In this document: one piece after another, positions 1 through 9,065 of the stretch
Layout: each line of letters starts with the position of its first letter
How positions within the stretch are numbered: the stretch's first letter is position 1
NCBI GenBank assembly: GCA_003344405.1
Contig: NOWV01000258.1
Coordinates: forward strand, 62,001 to 83,823
Source of the DNA: Trichoplax sp. H2
Lineage: Eukaryota
Reading direction: 5' to 3'
Length of the DNA stretch: 21,823 nt
Notes under the pieces: model-generated
What the model was told of the DNA's origin: nothing
What the model saw: only the letters and a program-made list of their open reading frames with translations
Databases searched by the model: none
Translations under genes and position numbers: made by a program

Positions 1-1866
1 ATCACTTTCAGTCACGATTAAGCTTTCATCACTTTCATTTTCTAATTCTCTCATATGCTTGGTGACAATATCAATGACAGTAGCGCTATCTTCAATAAAC
101 GAATCGCGATTACGTTTCTCTACTTCATCTTCATCACCACTTGTTTTAACACTTTCTTGCGCTTGATTTAATACTTTAATGGCATCAGCACTTTCTTGTA
201 GTAGAGATTCACGTCGAAATCGAACATCATCATTGTGCTCTTTTCCAGGAGCAGGACTACTCTTACGGCTCTCACTACTAAAACTGGTTGCTGAATCTTT
301 CTCTTTTAACATTTTCTCTAAATCTGAAATTCTTATGGATTGACTGGTAATAATTTCAGTTTGATCGGTTAATTCAGTCTCTTGTTTAGTAACTATGGAC
401 TCAATTTGTTCTTCAACAGCAAAGATACGCTGATTAGATTGCAATAATTGCTTAACTTGAACTTGTTGTGTTGCTTTTAACTCTTCTAATTCGCGTTCTA
501 GTTGGAAAGATCGCTCTTGTGATACTCGCAATTTATCAACTAATGGCTCAGTTTCCGATTTATCCACATAGACATAATCCTGTACTTCTCGAGTATCAAT
601 GTTGTCCCCTTTGTTTTCCACTTTATTGCTAGCAATTAGCGATAGCTTTTCTTCCAGTAAATCTACTTTCTCTTGTAGCTCATGTAATTTTTTAGTACGA
701 TAGCGTAAAAGTAACGAATCGCGATCATAAGCTAAATCACCAAGAGGTGGAAATTCTTGTCCATCTTGTTTCTTTTCGTCTTCCTGCGTATCGTTATCTT
801 TGCCTTTAGCTAATATGGATTGTAATTCATCTAATCGAGCTTGAGCGAACTCTAAATCATCTCGTGCTTGGGTTAATTTTTTCGTTAATTTGGTATTCTG
901 GCTATGCAAATGATTGGTTTTCTGTGTTGAATCATTTAATGTTCTATAGCATTCTTCTAAGACAGCAAAAAGGGAATTATCATTTGGCGATGAAACTGCA
1001 CTTAATTGCTCTAATTGGTGTATTAGACTGTCATTTTTATGGCGCAACTCTTTCAATTGTTGATTTAATTTCCTTGTCTCTGAAGTACTTTGCTCTTTCT
1101 CCATCTGAGCAATCTTTCTAGTTGCATCTTGCAAAGCACGCGTTCGCTCTTTCAGTAATTGGACAGCACCGCTTAAATCACTGCGTATAAAATGCTTGGA
1201 ATCGCGCAAATCTTGCTCCAATCCAGCTTTAGAATATACCAAATTATCGATCGTTTTGGAGGCATCTTCTAATTCACGATTTTTCTCATCTAATTGTAGT
1301 TTATAAAATGATTTACTATCTAATTTAGATAAGCTATCTTGGCTTTCCGAAATGGAGGTATCTTCATCACGGCTTGTTTCCTCAGCTAAACTTGCTTCTA
1401 GATTTTTCACTTTACGCTCAAGTAATTGTATCTTGTCGTTAGCATGCCTCAATGCTTTAGTACGGTCTCTCAAGATACGATTGGAAACGATGTCAGAATC
1501 GGATGATTTCCTCGATGCAGTTGGTGATAGATCTAATTCATCGTCGGATCCTCCAATCATTTCCTTAAATCTTCCATTTAACTCATTTAAGCGTTTACGT
1601 AATTCTTCTACTTGCATTTCAAGCAATGTTTTCTTATAGTTTAATTCATCCAAGCGACTAGCATCAAATTGCGATTTTGCACGTAATTCGGCATTTTCTT
1701 TCTGATAATGCATTAATTCTTTATTCTTTTCATACATGACTGCCTCTTGTAGATTGTGCTCGCGATCAAGTTGTTCATTTAATTTTTTCAATTGCTGTTC
1801 AATTTTTTTCGATTTATCCTCGTGAGAGTGATGAGATAAAGCAGGCGAACTACCACCTGATCTTCT
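1..1866 (-). CDS. Coding exon 18 (large, >=622 codons, runs off window edge)
   Basis: Acceptor tttgcag| at 1867. The frame is open throughout: RRSGGSSPALSHHSHEDKSKKIEQQLKKLNEQLDRE...KHMRELENESDESLIVTESD. Probably missed by the ORF track because no stop lies in the window. Confidence 0.95.
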
Positions 1867-4800
1867 CTGCAAAGGCAAGGATGAAAAATATTTTTAAAAT
1901 AAAATCGTGCCGACTTTCTAGCATCTCTAGATCTATGCAATTATCCTCGTATCAATCTCTCTCTTTCTTTGAGTAGAATCTTACCTTTCTTTCGTCGCGT
2001 ATATTATCAACAATGTCTTTAATTTGCGAAATAGACCGAGGCCTTTCAGCTTCTTTTTCAACATTTTCATCATTCGTAAGACATAAAATATCAATGGCCT
2101 ATCAATCCAAAAGAAAATATTTTTAATTTACTCGGTGAACATGGTAGAAATCAAGCTGTAGAGAGTTCATATCGCGGCATAACAACGCCAAATATCAAAG
2201 TTCTGATAAGTGTTATTATTTTTGACCTTTTTGGAAGCATATAATGATGCAAGAAGTGCTGATGCAGCTAATGACGACTCCATTTCTGGATCATTTGTAT
2301 CTGTTTTGGGCTGTTGAATTTCTCCTTTTCTAGCAGCTACAGCATTTTGTAACTCAGAGAGATTCTATAATTGATATCAAAATTTGAGGTTAATATCACA
2401 TTCAATTTCCAATGTAAAAATATCCTCTATGCACAAATGGCGACTTGTTGCCTACTACTACAAAATAAGCATTGCAATCATACCTTGGTTACATCTTCCA
2501 GCTGATGAAGTTGCTCTTCTTTTTGCTTGTCTGTTAATTCACTAGCAGGTTGCTTTACTAGCAGTTTCTCAAGTTGTGATTTACAGACTTCCAATTCTTC
2601 GATTTCATCATTAGCTTGATCAAGAAGTTCTTGAACATCAGGACAGGAATCTAGTGCTTCGATATTTTCCAATTGAGCTTGGAATGAGGTCATATCGTCA
2701 TCTGCATCACCAATTTCCTATCATGATATTGTGCTATATTAGTGACACTATTTGATTTCTTATCCTACGGCAATAGCTAAATTCTGAATCTACATTTAGA
2801 CTGAGTAGCGGATCAAAGCCTTACATTGTTGATTTCTTCAATTTCCAATTGTATTTTGATTGCTTCTTCTTCAAGTTGTGTTCTGCGATCACTATCAGCA
2901 ACAGCGCATTCTTGCATTAATAGAGATACTTTTTCTTCTAAAATATCTCTTCGCTTTTTCACCTTGTCGATGAGCTGTCATGATGTGCAACAGGCAAGAA
3001 TCCATTTAATTTGAATCCAATCAGGGTATTTAATAGCTTAATATCCTTACAAGTTAATCTACTTTCCAATAATATCTAATAACATACCTCCTCTCTCATA
3101 GCTATCGCTTTAGTTAGGCATTTCTTAATTGTCTCGATAGAAATGTCTTTCAAGTTGGCAGGTACTGGTGACGACGCAGCTGTGGCAGTTTCTTTAGCTA
3201 CTAATTGAGAATTTCTTCGAACAATTAATTCTTCTACATCTTGTTGTAATTTCTCCTTGGAATTAAGGAGATCGTCGATTTTCTGTTGATAAAAGGTAAT
3301 CATTCATTCGCTCAATCGATCGATATTATGATGGCACTATTTTAGCAATTATTCTGGACTTGTAATTTTAAGCAATAACATTATTTCAAATACCTTTGCA
3401 ACGCCCTGCAATTGATTTTCTTTATTCTTAAACTCATCCTTTAAGCCTAATTGATCGGTTTCATCATGTGGGCTTTTAGCTTCAAGATCTTGCAACTCTA
3501 GCTGAAGATTTTCCTTCTCCTTTTGCAATTCGTCAACCTGGCTTCTAGCTTCTTCTAATAATTTACTTTTTTGCGATAACTCTTTCATAGTTTGATCATA
3601 TTGCTGATTAGAACTTGATTTTAGATTAGTGAGTTGTTTTTCCAGTTCATTGATTTTCTAAAAGATTTACGTTAAAATAGCGTGAAATTGGATTAATATT
3701 TTTAATACTATGTTTAAAAATAATGCGACATTGACAGGCTTTGATTTATTTTAATATTACCTCGTCAGATTGTTCAATCTTGGTTCGTATAATAGAAGAG
3801 AAATCTTCATCGACGTTCAAAGTCGATAGTCCATCATCTTGATATTTTGTCATAACACTATCGATTCCATCTTCCATTTGGGAAGTATTTTTCTGGATGT
3901 CTTCTAAAATCTGTGTAACAAGAGGCATGAATGTGTTCAAAATCAGACAACAAATCAACAAATAACTGGTTGCATAAATGTCTGCCGATACGGTTATCGA
4001 TTTAATTCCTATTTTATTCAAGTGCAAGTTGTTTTAATTAAGGAACTTTTTCTTCTGCATCGGTAATGCTTGAAATCGATATTATAGCTAGCACAGATTG
4101 TTCTCCAATAGGGAGTAAGAATTTTATTAATATGCTAGAAGTACTTATGCTGGAACTTTTTTAACAAAGTCAATTCTATGCTATGTTTTTATAGTCTGCA
4201 TTGCATCTACGATGAAAACAAGACCCTGCTAAAGCCTATGCTTTCAGTACTGTACTTTAATCTATCTTCATTGATATNNNNNNNNNNNNNNNNNNNNTTG
4301 ATTTATTTTAATATTACCTCGTCAGATTGTTCAATCTTGGTTCGTATAATAGAAGAGAAATCTTCATCGACGTTCAAAGTCGATAGTCCATCATCTTGAT
4401 ATTTTGTCATAACACTATCGATTCCATCTTCCATTTGGGAAGTATTTTTCTGGATGTCTTCTAAAATCTGTGTAACAAGAGGCATGAATGTGTTCAAAAT
4501 CAGACAACAAATCAACAAATAATTTCTTCTGCATCGGTAATGCTTGAAAATCGATATTATAGCTAGCACAGATTGTTCTCCAATAGGGAGTAAGAATTTT
4601 ACTAATATGCTAGAAGTACTTATGCTGGAACTTTTTTAACAAAGTCAATTCTATGCTATGTTTTTATAGTCTGCATTGCATCTACGATGAAAACAAGACC
4701 CTGCTAAAGCCTATGCTTTCAGTACTGTACTTTAATCTATCTTCATTGATATCCCCATATATATTTTAAATATGCACTCTACTTGCGCTATTATCAATCA

Positions 4801-7259
4801 TTCAGTTGATGTATAGAATTGCGACATTACTTTTATGAAAGTACCAGCGATGACTAGAAATACTAAATAAATTAATAAAATCAATCTCTGGAAGGTCAGC
4901 TTGAATAGATCTATTTTCTATTTTTTAGAGCATAGAAGTAATCGTTGGAAAGATGATTAGTCATTCATTACCTTGCTAATGCTATCCGGTCGACTAGCAC
5001 TTGATGCTACCGAATGAGCTTCTGTTTCTTGCAGTCGAGCATCTGACAAAGCTTGCTGTTGAGCAAAGATTAGAGAGAAAATATGAGCCAATTACCTATG
5101 GCTACAGCATTACTTGGATTATAGAGAGCAAATTTGCATATTAGGAGATCGAATAATCAACTTACCCCATCCGAGGTTGATGTTTGAAAGGAGGAATCTT
5201 GATCTTGACTTGTGGAATTACCGGTAGTAGCAATATTTTGCAAGTTGTTTTGCAATTCATCTTGGTAAGAATCAATTTCTTGCATTAACTAATGGAAAAA
5301 AAATCATGTATGAGAGCAATAATGGAATAAATTGTCCATTACGTTATCTATTTCATGCATAGAATATATTTTAAACCCTGCTAATGGATTGTATAACAGA
5401 CCTTTTATAGTAAAGTAAAATTGACGAACAATTTAATCAGTGTATCATCGCATTGAGGAATATCTTACTTTAGCAATGGCGTCGTCATCTGTATTTCTTT
5501 CCTCCATTAACTTGTCATGTCTTTGTTGCCTTTCCATGACAAAGTTCAATCGAAGTTCCATGTCGGAATTACTATTTTTAAGTTCATCAATCATCTACGT
5601 CATAATAAAAGAAATTGAAATTGAGTCATATCACTCATCAAGAAATAGGTTGTAAGCGTATCTCAATCTAGATTGCTTATAAGACTTCCGCAAGACTGAC
5701 CATACTCTTTCTTTGCAATTCTCTATTCTGGCTGTCATTTTTCTCTTTTAAATGATCTCGTTGCTTTTCTAGATCTTTAATTTTCTATCATGGTTATTTG
5801 AAATAATGCGTTTTAGCTTTCATTAAAATGAGAAAAATAAGCTAGCGATTGTCTATATCTCATTTAAATTACCTCAGATAGATATTCTTGACCCAGTTTC
5901 GCGGATTGTTTTTCAATAATCTCTTGTAATTTTTTTCTTTCATTTTCAGTTTGTTCGATGATCTACATCAAATGAAATTAAGTTCGATGGGATTATTTTC
6001 TATAGCAATCACTAAAAATGGAATGGACCAAAATGGATCCAAACTTTACCTTGTTAGAATCTTCTACTTGTTGTTTTAATTGTCGATTACTATCATCAAC
6101 TGCAGACTATAAATAAAATGCCGTCATTGAGTGGGATGGAATAAAGCCATGCATAAATATAAATAAACTATAGTAACGCTTATAGCTACTCAAGCTTACC
6201 TTTTCTTGTTGCAGTTTTCGATATTGGCGTTTTAATTTCTTCTCGTTCTGAACCAGTTGATCGATTTTCTTATTGAATAAGGAAAATAGATATGAGTTGA
6301 TGTTATATAGGTTGTAATATAAAATTCTAGGCTAAGTTGGAATATTTTAGATGTAGCAAATATATATTGTAATGACTTACTTGTTTAGCTTCGTCGAAAG
6401 TTTCTACTTCAACGGTAACTTCTTCATCAGTCTGAACAGAAAAGGAGTCAAGAGAAAGGAGTGAGCACTTTTAAGCCTTATTACTCTTTTCAAAACTGAC
6501 GAGCACTGTTTTAAGCTATACCATTCTTTTTTTAAATTACAACACTCCGTTAAGTACTAATTACTACCAATTTTAAGCTATTTCATTCTTTTAAATCATG
6601 ATAAGTAGTATTTTTTTACGCTCCACCATATGCTTCGTTTAAGGCAAGATGAGAAATAATATATATCATTCTTTTTTAAATTATGATGGCTAGTATTTTT
6701 ATGCTATATCACTTCAAGTCAAGATGAAAAATACTCTTAATCTATATCCTACTTCTAAGATAAGATGGGAATTCTCTTTAAGCTACAGTAGTATTTTTAA
6801 GCAATGATGAGTAGCATTTTTAAACTACATTATTTTAAAGTCATGATGAGTGCTACTTTTAAGTTTAATCCTTCTTTTTTAAGTCAAGATGAGAAATATC
6901 TTTAAGCTACTGTATATCCTTCTTGTAAGACAAGAAGAGAAACATCTTTAAGCTATATCACACTTTAAAGTAAAGAAGAAGAATATTTTAAGCTATTTCA
7001 TACTCTGGAAGAATGATTAGTAATGCGTTATAGTCTTACCGAATCATCTAAGACCAATGGTTCATCGAGATCCATTCCTTCCTAATTTATTAAATGATAT
7101 CAAATTGCGTTAATAACCTATATTCCATCTAATGGAATTGCTATTACAAACAATTAAAATAAAAAAGTGCAAGAAATTTTGCAGCCCAATTCTAACATCT
7201 TTAATTGTTTCTTCGCCTTTTATTTCGTAACGATTGGAATCTAAAGTTTTGGACTCCAT
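1..7259 (-). CDS. Multi-exon gene for a large (>=1300 aa, 3'-incomplete) coiled-coil protein; possible dynein-adaptor/golgin/centrosomal-type scaffold
   Basis: Hand-spliced model with 18 coding exons, all with GT-AG boundaries and all in frame. It begins MESKTLDSNRYEIKGEETIKD and is E/K/Q/L-rich with heptad character, broken by S/P/D linkers. There is no stop before the window edge. I do not recognise the ortholog. Confidence 0.9.
1985..2098 (-). CDS. Coding exon 17 (38 aa)
   Basis: tag|AIDILCLTNDENVEKEAERPRSISQIKDIVDNIRDERK|gtaag; phase 0/0. Confidence 0.88.
2227..2364 (-). CDS. Coding exon 16 (46 aa)
   Basis: tag|NLSELQNAVAARKGEIQQPKTDTNDPEMESSLAASALLASLYASKK|gtcaaa (weak donor); phase 0/0. 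Confidence 0.8.
2484..2717 (-). CDS. Coding exon 15 (78 aa)
   Basis: tag|EIGDADDDMTSFQAQLENIEAL...LEDVTK|gtatg; overlaps ORF 2478..2693 in frame. Confidence 0.9.
2825..2974 (-). CDS. Coding exon 14 (50 aa)
   Basis: cag|LIDKVKKRRDILEEKVSLLMQECAVADSDRRTQLEEEAIKIQLEIEEINN|gtaag. Confidence 0.88.
3088..3282 (-). CDS. Coding exon 13 (65 aa)
   Basis: ccttttatcaacag|KIDDLLNSKEKLQQDVEELIVRR...AIAMREE|gtatg. Confidence 0.85.
3394..3657 (-). CDS. Coding exon 12 (88 aa)
   Basis: tttag|KINELEKQLTNLKSSSNQQYDQTMKELSQK...QLQGVAK|gtatt. Confidence 0.88.
3761..3910 (-). CDS. Coding exon 11, copy A (50 aa)
   Basis: cag|ILEDIQKNTSQMEDGIDSVMTKYQDDGLSTLNVDEDFSSIIRTKIEQSDE|gtaat; identical to 4318..4467. Confidence 0.85.
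4318..4467 (-). CDS. Coding exon 11, copy B (identical duplicate, probably the allelic copy)
   Basis: Same 150 nt and same splice sites as 3761..3910; lies immediately right of the 20-N gap. Confidence 0.6.
4972..5055 (-). CDS. Coding exon 10 (28 aa)
   Basis: caacag|QALSDARLQETEAHSVASSASRPDSISK|gtaat. Confidence 0.82.
5166..5288 (-). CDS. Coding exon 9 (41 aa)
   Basis: ttag|LMQEIDSYQDELQNNLQNIATTGNSTSQDQDSSFQTSTSDG|gtaag. Confidence 0.87.
5469..5594 (-). CDS. Coding exon 8 (42 aa)
   Basis: tag|MIDELKNSNSDMELRLNFVMERQQRHDKLMEERNTDDDAIAK|gtaag. Confidence 0.87.
5701..5784 (-). CDS. Coding exon 7 (28 aa)
   Basis: tag|KIKDLEKQRDHLKEKNDSQNRELQRKSM|gtcagt. Confidence 0.85.
5873..5962 (-). CDS. 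Coding exon 6 (30 aa), contains the CC1-box-like motif
   Basis: tag|IIEQTENERKKLQEIIEKQSAKLGQEYLSE|gtaat. Confidence 0.87.
6050..6106 (-). CDS. Coding exon 5 (19 aa)
   Basis: tttatag|SAVDDSNRQLKQQVEDSNK|gtaaa. Confidence 0.85.
6200..6268 (-). CDS. Coding exon 4 (23 aa)
   Basis: aag|KIDQLVQNEKKLKRQYRKLQQEK|gtaag (AAG acceptor, less common). Confidence 0.8.
6381..6431 (-). CDS. Coding exon 3 (17 aa)
   Basis: ttttctgttcag|TDEEVTVEVETFDEAKQ|gtaagt. Confidence 0.85.
6462..7005. repeat. Degenerate ~40-bp intronic minisatellite
   Basis: Recurrent tttaagcta(t)... and aag(t)caagatgagaaata / atgatgagtag modules, roughly a dozen copies, filling the 608-nt intron. Confidence 0.75.
7040..7081 (-). CDS. 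Coding exon 2 (14 aa)
   Basis: ttag|EGMDLDEPLVLDDS|gtaag. Confidence 0.75.
7197..7259 (-). CDS. Coding exon 1 (21 aa, probable start codon)
   Basis: tttatag|AA ATG G...: MESKTLDSNRYEIKGEETIKD|gttag. An acceptor 2 nt before the ATG suggests an upstream non-coding exon. Confidence 0.7.
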
Positions 7260-7758
7260 TTCTATAAAGTAAATTAAAGTAATTTATTATATATTTGTTA
7301 GTCAAAAAATTTGAAATCTAAAAATATCAATGAAAATGGATAATCTTTCTAAGGTGTTTAAAAAGACTGATTTGTCTTAGAATCAATTTAATTATGGCAA
7401 AATTGAGCAAAGAACTCTGAGCATAAGAGTAGAGTTATTTTATAGTAACTTTTACACGTTTAATGAAAACATTTTGGCTTGATCAGTATTCATTTACTCG
7501 TGCGATGGCTTTCAAAATAAAAGCCATTCCTTAATTACATTATTTTCTAATTGCATTTATTAACCTACTAAAATAAATAAGACTTGACTATCGCTCTATT
7601 TGTAGCCGATATCCTATCTTAAGCATTTCCTAGTTGTTGAAAGCATTATTTTTAATCAAAATAGACTTATAGATGAGTCGAAGTTACGCTAGTTTACCAT
7701 CTTGAACTCGATTTATCTAGCTCAAACTTATTCAATTCTACTAGAAATTCGAGTTTAC

Positions 7759-7870
7759 CTTGTCTTCTGACCGTTTCTTCTAGCGATTTTTAATCACTTC
7801 AATAAAATTTAAAATCTTTGCAACTTAAAATATTTGGCCCAGTCTTTCTTTCTTTCTACCCATTCGCATT
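7759..7870 (-). other. Putative 5'UTR exon of the coiled-coil gene
   Basis: Acceptor ttccttccatttag| at 7871 and donor AAG|gtaaac at 7758. When spliced to 7261 it places an in-frame TAA upstream of the ATG at 7259. Confidence 0.4.
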
Positions 7871-8409
7871 CTAAATGGAAGGAAATATCAATCAGATTAT
7901 TCCAAAGCTGTCATAATTGTCTGAATCCAATCTAATGTTTGCTCTTATTATTTTTCTAGTTAGACAATTCTTTTTCAAAACAGCCATTATCGAGACGAAA
8001 GAAATAGATTTTCTGTCAAATTATGGTTTACGAAAGATTGAATTGGCTGTCATTGATGTCAATCGTTGTTGATCATTAATAGTCGAAATATTGGACTGTA
8101 AGCAATAATATTTGACCAAAAAACAGTCTAACAAAGCTTCTTTAAAAGGCATGGCATATACTATTTTCGTAAGGAGACAGCGAGAGCGGAAAAAAGATGA
8201 CGAAGATGTTGATCTAACATTAACCCTTTAGGTTCACAATCCAATAACTCGAAATTGGGGTCATTATAACGGAGTAAATCTTTAACGTGGCCTATCGATT
8301 AAGTATAGCAGGCTATTCTATTTCCTAGTGATATTCTACTTCATGTTACTACTATAATTTTACTGTAATCATTGCAGTTGTTATTCTTATTCTTGTTAAT
8401 AAGAAAAGT

Positions 8410-9065
8410 CAAGATGTTGATGAACTAATTGCTTACTGAAGGAAAATCATTTCCAATTATTTGCTATGGATAGTTCTAGTCAGAAAGTGGTGGTCGACGA
8501 TTAATTCTGTAGTTTCAAGATTCAACTCTATCTATCAGGTTGATTTGGCCTATTTTAGGCCCAAGCGATAGCTGGTTAATAAAGTACCTTTAAGTGGCCT
8601 GCTTAAGCTGATAGAAATTAGCAATAAAGAATTAATTACTAATGTAATTTCCAATTTCATCACCAGTTGTCAACAATTGTCTAAATTGGCCTTAAAGTAA
8701 TTATTTTCCCAGCTACAGTCGTATAATTAGTTTAAGATTCAATGGCGTTGTTACGGTTAATCTGGCATTAACCCTAACATTGTTATGGCCAAGATTCAAC
8801 AGTATGTATAAAGTTGATTGAGATTATATAGTTTGCTTGAACTGATCCAATTAGCAATTGCAAAGAATTACTTGCTAATAATAATTTCCTACTGAATCAG
8901 TAGCTATTCTGATCGACTTAAACGAAATCCTTTTCTTATTCCATCATTGCAAATAATTAGTCTAGGATTGCATGCTTGATCTGATAGAATTAGCAATATA
9001 GTAGAATTACTTGCTACTTGTTTAGCCATAGCTTTATTTTTGGCTATCCATTAAGATTCAATGTC
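8410..9065. repeat. Old degenerate direct-repeat cluster
   Basis: tgctt(g/a)aNctgat...aattagcaat...agaatta at 8600, 8834 and 8973; aagattcaa at about 8517, 8734, 8791 and 9053. Confidence 0.65.

Larger units (their letters stand above)
3741..4752. repeat. Near-identical direct duplication (3741-4277 and 4298-4752) flanking a 20-N gap; likely uncollapsed haplotypes
   Basis: The copies differ only by an 83-nt indel (3966-4048), a 1-nt indel and one SNP that I could find; both abut the N-run at 4278-4297. Confidence 0.9.

Noticed and set aside
3283..3336. Longer exon 13 using the acceptor at 3337, with an in-frame TGA at 3304-3306 (readthrough or selenocysteine idea)
   Set aside because: A better acceptor (ccttttatcaacag) at 3283 gives an in-frame exon and a typical 111-nt intron. 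The alternative needs a 57-nt intron and a stop codon.
864..5655. Plus-strand ORFs 864..1121, 1352..1639, 2826..3014, 4178..4399 and 5440..5655
   Set aside because: They overlap the minus-strand coiled-coil exons. Most have the S/L/F-rich composition expected from the antisense of E/K/Q codons, and one spans an N-gap.
5701..5706. Alternative donor A|gtatg at 5705 for exon 7
   Set aside because: It shifts the frame; the gtcagt donor at 5700 keeps it.
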